Part shown: one piece after another, positions 24,391 through 34,679 of the stretch
How positions within the stretch are numbered: position 1 is the first letter of the stretch
Layout: each line of letters opens with the position of its first letter
NCBI GenBank assembly: GCA_013265495.1
Contig: MU062844.1
Coordinates: forward strand, 785,170 to 849,169
DNA from: Vicugna vicugna
Taxonomy: Eukaryota
Reading direction: 5' to 3'
Length of the DNA stretch: 64,000 bases
Translations under genes and position numbers: made by a program
The notes under the pieces: generated by a model
The model's input: the letters and a program-made list of their open reading frames with translations, nothing else
Databases searched by the model: none
What the model was told of the DNA's origin: nothing

Positions 24391-24744
24391 CCTCTGCTTC
24401 CATGAACCGGGCAAATGTCGAGTGTTGTTGCCCAGTGAGAAGCCCCTTGCACCCATCACCACTCCATACTGCTCAGCACACCAGGCTCCCGGGACACCCC
24501 GATGCCCCAGCTGGGCTACACCTATGGGTGCAGTTTGCTGTGCACCCCTGGGCACATGTTTGTACCTGTATTGGGTGAGTTTTGATGACTTCCTCAGGCG
24601 CATGTAACTGGTGCCCCCACCTGCCATGCAAGCCTTGGGCTACAAGTCAACACCATCAACATTTACCAAGATTCTGCCACATGGAACTCTGCAGAGGGCA
24701 GGTGTTACAGAGTGAGGCTTTAGTCAGACAGGCCTGGGCTCAAA

Positions 24745-25190
24745 ACATTCAGTCACTCACTCACTCACTCATTCATTCTGTTAACAAATATTGTGGAATC
24801 CTAGCTCTACGATGATGCTGCTCTATGCACTCAGGATACCAAGGGGAGCCCAAGAGACAGGGGCACTGTCTTCAGGAACCCATAGCCTGGTGGAAAAGAC
24901 AGACACTGAGACACCAGACACATAAACACACAAGAAAACTGGCAACTGTGCTCCATGTTCAATGATGGGAATAAACAGGGAGATGTGATAGGATAAAACT
25001 GAGAGTGGAGGGTTGGAGAGGACTTTAAAGTAGGGCCATAATCTGCCCCTGACAAGTTTTGTGCCTTTGGGCAAGTCTTTTAACCCCTGCAAGGTACAGT
25101 TTTCAAGTCCATGAACGGGGATGGTCATAGCTACTGCATATGAAAAATGCTCAGAAATGAAAGCTATGCTTTTGTTAAGTTGGGTGCTAG
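24745..25190. mobile_element. L2 3' end (minus) followed by MIR (plus)
   Basis: cattcattctgttaacaaatattgtgg; gcctttgggcaagtctttta. Confidence 0.65.
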
Positions 25191-25952
25191 GCATTCAAGT
25201 GCAAACTAGACACCGTGTGTAATCCAGGAGGGGAGACATGCCACATGAAAGCATGTGCCACCAGCCTTAGGGGACACCACAATCAGTCCTCCCCAGAGCC
25301 CAGTCCCTCCGACTCTGCCTGATGCAGCCTTCGGTGTGCTGAGTCCACGCTGGCTCACTGCCCACCCGAACAGGCGAGCCTTCCAGCTTGTCCAGCCCAG
25401 CGGCCAACCATGAGAAAGGCAGACGGAAAGCATCTTCCTCCTCCCACCTCGCTGGGTCATTGAGCAAAGAGGAGACAGAGGCAGATGGGCCCACTTTCTG
25501 CCTCTTTTTAATTTTTTTCCTATTGCCCCAGGCCCAAGAGTCCACAAAAAAACACCTGCTGGAAGTCCTCACAGGAAGGGCCAGAACTGTGGCAGAGATG
25601 GATATCCTCACAGACCCAGGCAGCCATGGGAGCCGAGATCAGCTGAGGAAAGGGCAGATAGCTCTGCATTCCGTCTGACCAAATCACACTGCTCCCAGAG
25701 ACAACAGCCCACCACTCTGCCTTCAGGCTGGGTCGGTGATTAGGGGAGCTCAGCGACTTGGGTCAAAACTGGCTCAGAAGTGATAGAGCCAGGCTCTGGG
25801 GAGAAGACTCATGACTTGCTGGCTAACAGTCAAGGTCAAGAGATAAAGGAGTCACTTGTCTTTTAACAGCCCCAGGTGAGAGAAAACTGGTATTATCTGT
25901 TGGCCCTTGGCATTCTTAGAGCCTCAAAATCTAGGTATTCCTGGCATCCCCA

Positions 25953-26252
25953 TGACACACACATACACATACATTTTATGTATATACATACATATATAGA
26001 CACACACATATACATACACCTACACACAGATCAAGATACACAGACATGCAGAGATATATATAGAGACAAACATGTATGTATATATGTACACATGTATATA
26101 ATAGACTTACATAGACACATGAAAACATGTAAATATATAGAGAGACATGCATGTGTATAGACAGAGTAAGAGAGACATTCACACATACACACGTAGAGAC
26201 ACACATATGTATATATAGACACACACATGCACATACACACACGTATGTATCA
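25953..26252. repeat. Degenerate (CA/TA)n simple repeat
   Basis: Direct inspection. Confidence 0.9.
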
Positions 26253-26959
26253 CATCACATTCACTCTAAAAAAAATCCCCAGTGGTCCTCCATGAAGAAT
26301 CACCCTAACCTAGCCCTAAGATCGCGACAACTCGACCTCACCCTCCTTACATCCAGCCATTCTCTTCTTTTAACATTTACACTTTTCTTTGCATATTGTA
26401 CTGTTTTCCTAACTTCCATAATTCAGAAACCATCTTTGGGATTTCTGCCTTTGCTGCAAACCACCTATGTCGTTAGTTACTTAGTATTTTTAAAATTAAG
26501 TTGGTTTTCACTTAAGTTATTTTGGGAGATAACTTTACTCACAGCACCATGAATGTAAACACCAGTATCATTCATCATGACTTAAAGGCAGCCATAAAAA
26601 TAAATACAATAAATTACGAAATAATGCCAGTGAATTCTAGCTCGGAACAGAAGCCTGCTGAAAACCTGCAGCCAGACACCTACTGACATTTTGTTAAGAA
26701 GGGAGACAAGCTGGTGCTGGAGACATGAGACCTCAGGCTAAGACTTTCCCCTTGACATAATCTAGAAAACTGGAAAAGAGCTAAAAAGGGGGTCTGTGAT
26801 TCAGTCAGCTCCATCTGGTATTGGTGTGACCCCTTCATCTCAGGAACCACCAGGGAGCAGCTCACACTTTGAAAAATACTGGTTGAGTATTCAGTGATGC
26901 GTTGGCTGGGAGCATCCGAACGAGGTTGAGCCAATGTAAGTGTCACACACGCAAATTAC

Positions 26960-27310
26960 ACATCGATGCCTGATCCCATAGTAACCATCCTGAAACTCCT
27001 GCCAGATCCCCCACTAGGTATAAACTCCTCCTGGTGTTCAGATCCCTTTGGCTTCATCCTTACTTCCCACCTCGTGCCTGTACTCACTTTCTCTCACATG
27101 CCTCTTCGTGTATATTCTCTGCCTCCGGGCAAATCGGACGGCTCCGTTTCCCCTAAGTAAGTTTCATACTTCCACCCCTCCCTGCCTCTGCTCCATCCAA
27201 AATGTCCTTCCCCAGCACCTCCTAAAGCCCTCCCCATCCTTCCAGGCACCTCTCAGGTGTCACCTCCCCCATGAAGCACCCCCTGCCCTCTCCAGCCTCT
27301 CCCACACCTA
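26960..27310 (+). mobile_element. L2 fragment
   Basis: cttccaggcacctctcaggtgtcacctccccatgaagc. Confidence 0.6.
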
Positions 27311-27313
27311 AGC

Positions 27314-27450
27314 CAGTGGCTCATAAGCTTGAGTGTCCGTCAGCACCACCTGGAGTTTCTGATTCAGGGGGTCTCTAGCGGGGGAGCCTAAGGATTTGCC
27401 AGTTGCTGCTGCTGGGCTGGGCTGGAGACCACTCTTTGTGGACAACTACA
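27314..27450 (+). mobile_element. MER5A-like MITE
   Basis: cagtggctcataagcttgagtgtccgtcagcaccacctggag...tttctgattcagg. Confidence 0.65.
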
Positions 27451-27631
27451 CTGGGAGATCGATAGATTTCTGTGGAATTTAACTTCCTTCCTGCCTCCAG
27501 CTTGAGGTGAAAGCGGTGGCTGAATGGTTGTTAGGTTCCCTGCTAATACCCCCTCACTAGTGTGACTGAGGTCAGGGGTGTCTCTGGAACACACGAGGAC
27601 CTCCTCTTTTTTAACCACTCTGTGTACCCTG

Positions 27632-28113
27632 ATTATATTTGTTCCTAGGGTTGACTTAGCAGAGAACAGCAAACTGAGTGGCTTAACCAACAGAAGTTTA
27701 TTCTCTCACAGCTCTGGAGGTGGGAAGTCCAAAAGCAAGGTGTCGGCAGGGTTGCCTGAGAGCTATGAGGAAAAAAATCTCTTCCATACCTCTCTCTTAG
27801 CTTCTGGTAGCTTGGCTTGTAAGCTTGTAGATGGCACTTTCTCATTTATGCCATAATAAAAATATTGGTACTTACCATTTTTAAAAAATTGTATGTCTCC
27901 ACATCATCTTCCTCTGCACATGTCTGATTTTGTGTCCAACTTTCCCCTTTTTATAAGGACGTCAGTCATTTTGGATTAGGGTCCATCTTGACGACCCTAT
28001 TTTAAGTTGATCACCTCCCTAAAGATGCGATCTCCATATAGGGTCACATTCTGAGGTCCTGGGGGTTAAGGACTTCTACATATATTGGGCAGGGGACACA
28101 TTTTGACCCATGA
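27632..28113 (-). mobile_element. MLT1B/C-like solo LTR
   Basis: aacagaagtttattctctcacagctctggagg...ggtcacattctgaggtcctgggggttaaggactt. Confidence 0.85.
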
Positions 28114-28479
28114 TACCCTGTCAGGTAACACTTTCAATCCCAGGAGGATCCAGGATGTGGACACAAACAACTCACTTGCCTTGATGACGCATCATCTCAT
28201 AGACGTCCCTTGTCACCAATCCAAGCGTCAGACTTTGGGCTACTGGAGAATTGTGTCCAGGTGAGCAAAAGGGTATTACTCATGTCGTTATGCAATCGTG
28301 CTGACCTGGCTGGTAACTTAAATGAAAGGGCGCTGGTAGCCACGAGAAATGCTGGATACGCATCTCACCAGCGCTTTTCCTCCCATAGCTTTCTTCATGA
28401 AATATAAAATGACCCTGTTACATAACTGCATTCCACTGCACTGAGTTAACTAAACGGATCTGAAGCCCTTCCGTGGAAA

Positions 28480-29290
28480 CAGGGTGATTGCCTCTCCGCT
28501 TGCTACATTAACAGCCCCCCTTGCTGCTCCCTACCCCTGGTCCAGCCCTGTCTGCCTCCATCTCACCTGCCACTGGCTGTGCAGAGTGATCCTTCTAGAA
28601 AGCATTGCTGACCATGGCCCACCCCTGCTTAAAACACTTTACTGCCCCCTCTCACCTTCAGATAGAGTCTAAACTCCTCAGCAGGACATTTAAGGATCTT
28701 CATTAATCTGTACATGACAGTGTCTCGACTCCCATTTCTAAGCCCCCCTCACACCTGGCCGTCCTTCCAGGCAAGCCCAGCTCTCTGCAGCTTCTCTCCC
28801 ATCACACTCCCTGGAATGCCCATCCCTTCTGCTCTGCCGGAGCCAAGGCACTGCTGTCAGCTGGGGCCAGGACAGTCCCGCCTTGTGAGGGGCTGTCTGT
28901 GTACTACAAGGCGGTTAGCAGCCTCCCTGGCCTCTATGCACTAGATGTAAGTAGCAACTCCTCCCTACCTCTAGTTTTGACAACCAAAAATGTCTCTAGA
29001 CATTGCCAAATGTCCCCTGGCCTAGATAATTCCAAATGATCTTTTAAAAATCAGGGCAGTGTCACCTTCTCCAGGAAGCTCTCTGGCCTTCCTTCCGGGT
29101 CCCCTGGTGCAAAGTCCCATTTCTTACCACATTCCTCACAGTGTAAATTCACTGTGTGTTTACTTTGAGCCTCCCCACAATTAGACTGGACCACGTCTGC
29201 TTCTACTGTGTGCCCCTGGTGCTGGCACAGGGCCTGCCTTGGAGAGGGGCTCCCATTGTGTTTGCGGATCAAGTAAAGTGAATGAGTGGA
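28480..29290 (+). mobile_element. L2 3' region interrupted by MER20 (about 28850-29020)
   Basis: L2 motifs (ctgtgcagagtgatccttctaga; caccttctccaggaagc; tgaatgagtgg) on both sides of a MER20 antisense segment (caaccaaaaatgtctctagacattgccaaatgtccc). Confidence 0.75.
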
Positions 29291-29884
29291 AAAGAAAGGA
29301 GGGGGGATTGGCCCTGCCCCCTGGTGCCAGAATTGAAAGCGGTTTCCCTGCACCTAGTGTGTCTTCTTGGCTGTTCTCAGGCTCACCACTCAAAGGCTAA
29401 TAAAAAAGCAGAGGGAGCATATATGACTCGCACGCCAGCCCAGCAAAAACCTGCTCTCCATCCCCGGGGTCTCAGATACATGTCGCTTTGTTAAAACCAC
29501 ACTCTCTAGGTTTCCTTTTCTTTTCTTTTTTAAACTTTAAAAGAGTTTTTTTTTTTAAGGCAAGAAGCTTAAGTCTTAAAGACATTTGCTAAAGCTAATC
29601 GCCCAGATGTGAGGACTGGAGCCAGCCAGGCTTACCAACGCTGCCACCTACAGAGCAGCAGGCACTGAGAGCAGCGGCAGAGGAAACAGGCTGCAGGGGC
29701 CAGCCAGGGGCACCTCCAGAAGCAGGGCCTGGGGTCAGTGCCACAGAGGGGCCGGCTCCTGGCTCCTCAGCTAGTGGGAGGAGACTGTCTCTCCGAAAAG
29801 TTCTAAGAACAGGGCACAGGCAGAAATCTATCCCCTCTCTCAGCTGCAACGGAGCTGGGCTACAGGAGAGAGAGAAGCCCTTTC

Positions 29885-30260
29885 TCTGCACCCCACACAC
29901 ATGCATCTCATAACCCCACACACTCACAGCACACATACAAATTCTCACACTCCCCCCCACACACAGACGCAGTCACACCATACACACACCGCTACACACA
30001 CACACAAACGCTCACCACAAACTGTACATGCTCCCACACACATACACACACACAAATATGTGCATTCACACCCCACGCACACATCACACATACAAGCTCA
30101 CAGACTCACAAATACATACATTCACACACACAAACACAAATATACCCGTTTACAGCTCATACACTACACATACGTGAACACACATCACAGGCAAACCATG
30201 ACACACTTTTGCAGACACACTCACATAGACACACATATACACACAACGCACTTACACATT
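29885..30260. repeat. Degenerate (CA)n-rich simple repeat
   Basis: Direct inspection. Confidence 0.9.
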
Positions 30261-30321
30261 TGTGCCTTTAATTCTCTTACATCTGCCTCTTTGCCTCAAA
30301 AAGCCAACCTGAGTGGAGGCT

Positions 30322-30446
30322 GAGATGCAGATGTGGAGGAGATGCAGCTTTGGGGGGAGATACAGCTGTGGGGGGAGATGGAGCTGTGGGGGGAGATGCA
30401 GCTGTGGGAGGAGATGTAGCTGTGGGGGGAGATGCAGCTGTGGGGG
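30322..30446. repeat. 18-bp minisatellite, 7 units, consensus GAGATGCAGCTGTGGGGG
   Basis: Units start at 30322 (17 bp), 30339, 30357, 30375, 30393, 30411 and 30429. Confidence 0.95.
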
Positions 30447-31269
30447 GAGGTGGGGAGGTGCCCTGATCAGGCATCCTATCTAGTTTGGCAGAAGCAATCA
30501 CAGCCTGTAACTTTCCCTTCTGCCCCAGGTTTTGGAAGGGGAGCCTGTGCGTCCAGTAAGCCCTTCCCAGACTCTACCTGACACCAAAGCATCTTGAAAA
30601 AGCCACCATGGTTGACTCACTTCCCTCTCCCTCCAATGTTCACTTCCCATACACAAGTGATTATCTGAGTAGGTGGAGTTCCAGGTATTAATTAACAACA
30701 ATTACTTATTTTTTACTTCAATAAAACTTATCACTTTAACAATTAAAAAGTGGTATCTAATTTTTAAGGCCTTCTTCCATGAGACCATCTCGGTTTTACA
30801 AGTTAATTTTTACAAGCTAATTGTTCCAACAATCCAGCCTACAAAAGGTCTAAGGCAGAGTAGGAATTCCAGGGGGAGAGGTATGCAAAGTAAATCTTAA
30901 TAAATCTTGAATCATATTTTCAATGCATTGGGTGGGGTGTGGGCTTGATAATTAGGGAGAACTTTCAGCAAAGGTTCAATAAAATGACAAATTCTTTTAT
31001 AAAGAGATTACTCATTCTGCTGTACCTATTCCCTAAAGCTAAATTATCATATAAAAGCCTGACTTGGAAAAAACCAGACAAGTTTCTTAAGGCAAGGCAC
31101 TCTCCTCCAAGCACTTTGAGCCACAAGTACCCCTTAGGCAAGCACCGGAGTGGGGGCATCCTGCTTGTGTGAATACACACACACATACATACAGTGTACA
31201 GCACACATTAGGTGTTCAATTAATGCTAGCTGACACCTCCGGTATGATCACGCACTTCCCCAACCCCCA

Positions 31270-31570
31270 TGTCCGAACATGTAAATCTAACCTTTTCCAT
31301 GGAGCCCAGTTCAAATCTCACCTTCTCCATGAAGTCTCTCCATGAAAGTGCTCATTGGCCTGTGACCCCCACCCACCTTCCAGCACTGTGTCCCTTTCCT
31401 GGGGCACATCTAGCCTTCTATATTGTAATGCAGTCTCCAGCATATCTTATACTCCCTCTGGACCACAATGACCAAGGTCCACGTCTAACATCCCCGTGTG
31501 CCCCTCAGCACCCAGAACAATGAGATACACACAGTAGGCACTCCAGTGGGTTATTTATGCTAGTGACAGT
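31270..31570 (+). mobile_element. L2 3' end
   Basis: tcaaatctcaccttctccatgaag...cacagtaggcactc. Confidence 0.65.
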
Positions 31571-31671
31571 AACAGCATGGCAGACCTGTGGTTGGCTCCC
31601 CAACATGCACCCCACCCCGACCCCCAGATAATTGCTCTCAGACAATAATGGATTTTCTGTTGCACTACCCA

Positions 31672-32192
31672 TGTGGTAGCTTTAAAATATGTCCACAAGT
31701 TTTTTACACCCTCCTCCTTTTCAAAAGGTGGAGCCCGATCCCCTCCTGGGCATTCTGGAATTCACTTCTAATGAATGGAATGTGGCAGCAGTGACAGTCA
31801 CTGCCTTCTGAGATGAAATCAACAAAAGTACTATGGCTTCTCTCTCCCTCTCTCTCTCTCCCTCTCTCGTTCTCTCTCAGATCATCACTCACTCCGGGAG
31901 AATCCAGCTACCATGAACATGAGGACACTCAAGTAGCCCCATGGAGAGGTTCTCAAAGTGAATAAATTAGGTCTCCGGCCCACAATCATCTGTCTGAGCC
32001 ATCTTGGCCACAGGTCCTCCAGCCTCAGTCCAGCCTTTATATAACTGCAACCGCATGAAAGACCCCAAACCAGAGTCTCCCAGCTAAGTTGCTCCCGAAT
32101 GCCTGAGCCACAGAATCTGTGAGATAAAAACGCTTGTTTCAAATTGCTAAGTTTGGAGATAATTTATTATGTACTAATAGCTAACTAATACA
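31672..32192 (+). mobile_element. MLT1F-like solo LTR
   Basis: TGTGGTAGC...CTAACTAATACA termini with an internal (CT)n. Confidence 0.8.
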
Positions 32193-32329
32193 CTCCGGTA
32201 CATGGTTCCGGAATTTGATCCAATGCTGGAAAGTGATACAGGGAAAGGAAGCTGCTAAGGGAGATAGGGTTCTAGGGGAGGTGTACTTACTCATTCCTAA
32301 GGCGGCCGTAGGAAGACAAGGCGTTTGTG

Positions 32330-32580
32330 CCAAGATGTAATGCCCCAAACCTCAGAAATCCTTTTGGTACCAGCCTATGAGTAAAGCCAACAGCAAGGAT
32401 GGTGGGGTAGAGAGAAGAAAAGCAGCTATGTTTCCGATGATGACACTGAACCACGGAATTCACCAATCCCAAAGCCTGATCTACTTCAGAGTTTCTGGTC
32501 ATGCGAGATAATAAAATATACAATGGTATAAGCTACTTTGAGTCTGAGTCTCTTAATTATAGCTAAACACATCCCAACTC
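32330..32580 (+). mobile_element. MLT1K-like LTR 3' part
   Basis: gccaacagcaaggatggtggggtagagagaag...gatgacactgaacca...gataataaa. Confidence 0.55.
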
Positions 32581-32614
32581 AAAGAGTTACATCTAATGGG
32601 CTACCTATACTTTA

Positions 32615-32830
32615 TATTAGGTGCTACCTACGACACTTTCTGCAGACGATTTCTAATCTCCCCAGGATCCTACAATTTAGGTCTTATCATCCCTACTCTA
32701 AAGATGAGGAAATTAAACCTCAAAGCAGTTGAATAACTTGTCCCAGGTCACATAGCTAGCTAGTGAGAGGCACAGCTAGGATTCAGCACATGCCTGTTGA
32801 ACTCTCAAGTCCGCTTTCTTTCCAATACAC
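32615..32830 (-). mobile_element. MIR
   Basis: aagatgaggaaattaaacctcaaagcagttgaataacttgtcccaggtcacatagctag. Confidence 0.8.
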
Positions 32831-34550
32831 CACGCTGACGAGGTTTTATCATGCTAAGATAGCTCCCCAAGATTCACTCAGGAAGGCAGCCAGGACTACA
32901 CCAGCATCAAGTCCAAACCTTAAATGCTAATTCTTTAGCTTTGTACAGAGCCCAACATCGCCCTCTGCCATGTAGCCTCGCAAGGCTGGACAGATCTTGA
33001 TGTGATTTTCCACTTCTCACTGTATAACGTATTATTTCTCAATATCCTACAAAGGTGCCACCAACCATTAATTATCTCAGCTGGGAATGCTTCTGCAACC
33101 ATTCTAGCCCACAGTGTAGGCTCCTCGCTCTGAACCCCTACTGCCCTGATAAGCAGAACCACACAGTTCAGTGCTAAAAGGTTTTCAAATTGTTTCAAGC
33201 ATCCTAACCTTCCCCCATCAGCCCAGCTGTCTGCTTCTTATCAAATCCCTGTGCCAAATTCTTCTCTTGTTCAGCCTCTGAATCTAGGTATCAAAGTATT
33301 AGGCATAATTTCGGTGTCTAATAAACAGGTTTACGTTGTCTGATCAACAGAAAGGGGCTGCAATTTATTTTTTTAAATCATATCTGCATTGACAGGTTTG
33401 ACTTGCCTGCCCTCCTTTATGCCTCTTCTTTCTTTCATGCTTTTGTTCAATCTTTGTGAAGTCTTTCTTCACACCACCTCAACCTCCCAAATTAAGTCAC
33501 TCTTCCAGGCTATCATTGTGTTCTGTGCATGTCTTTAATAGAACAAGAATTTTACTACTTTATGATTATCTGCTCTTGAAAAACTCTTGGGGAAGCAGGT
33601 ATGTAAAAAACCCCACATACTTCCAATCCCTCAGGTACCAATGGATGACATTAGTAGAAGCTCAATCAATATTGATGAAATGGATGAACACTTTAATGAT
33701 TCACACGATGCCCCATGTCTGCTCTGTTTCTGTAACACTTGTCACAGGCCTCAGCCCAAACATTCCAGTCATACGTTTGAGATTGTCTACTCTATTAGAC
33801 TGTGAGTTCCCAAGAATAAGGAAACTTTTCCCCATTGTGTCTCCAAAACCAAGGCAACATAAAAGGCAAGCATTTAAATATTTGCACATAAATGTGTGAT
33901 GATTGTTATCCGTTGAGTTAAGCATTAAATGGATTACTATTTCCGAATCAATGACCAAATGAATTATTGGGTAATATAAAAAAAGTTGGTTTTGAATTAA
34001 ACATTTACTATACATAATTACCTGGCAGCAAACAGTTCAAAAAATAACTCTCTTGAAAAACATTTTTTGGGGACCATTCATTGAGGTCATCGTCTTCTAG
34101 TTGGCAACATCTCCTTACCAACTGGTCAAAGCTTTCCTTGGTGCCTTGCATTGCAATGTTGCAGACCTGACTCAAGGATTTCTGATAAGGTTTTGGTCCA
34201 TAAAAATGCATCCCAGGAGTTGAATACTACAAAGTGATGTTTTGATAAATACAGATACCAAATAATAATAATCATATAATAATACATATACCCTCTCCAG
34301 GAAATCACTATTTCCTTCCACCCAAAAGAAGCTAGTTAAAAATGTTCTTCCTTCCCCTTATGTTCCCCAGGGGGTCTCTGGCTAGTTCATATCCTTTGGC
34401 ATCACAGGCTCTTGAAAACTGGCCTGCACGGCTCAGGCTACAGAAGAGAGAGGTTCAAAGTGGGACACAGCTTCACCATCAATTAATCCTGACTGATCTC
34501 CTGTCAGAGGTGACGTCCTATCCTCAGGCTTTGGCAGCAAGCCTGATGGA

Positions 34551-34640
34551 GATAAGAAATGCCAGACTGGGTCAGACCAATGGCCCGTTCAGGCCACGGC
34601 ACTGTCTGACAGAGGCATCCAGAGACGTTTTGTAGAAAAG
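34551..34640 (-). mobile_element. Ancient CR1-clade LINE 3' terminus (CR1_Mam/L3b-like)
   Basis: ataagaaatgccagactgggtcagaccaatggcc resembles the recalled reverse complement of CR1 tails ending ...tggtctgacccagtatggc..ttcttatg. Confidence 0.5.
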
Positions 34641-34679
34641 AGCTGCATGTGTCTCCTATGACATCAGTCATAAAAAGTG

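Noticed and set aside
27842-27895. AT-rich insert of about 55 bp within the MLT1B/C LTR
   Set aside because: Too short to assign, with no TSD or TIR; probably a repair filler or tiny repeat fragment.
25953-30260. His/Thr-rich and Cys/Val-rich ORFs at 25876-26552 and 29901-30323
   Set aside because: They are translations of (CA)n/(TA)n simple repeats.
30277-30501. Mucin-like PPTAAS repeat ORF on the minus strand
   Set aside because: It is the translation of the 18-bp minisatellite. Unit differences are mostly non-synonymous (T, P, V, K), which argues against coding constraint.
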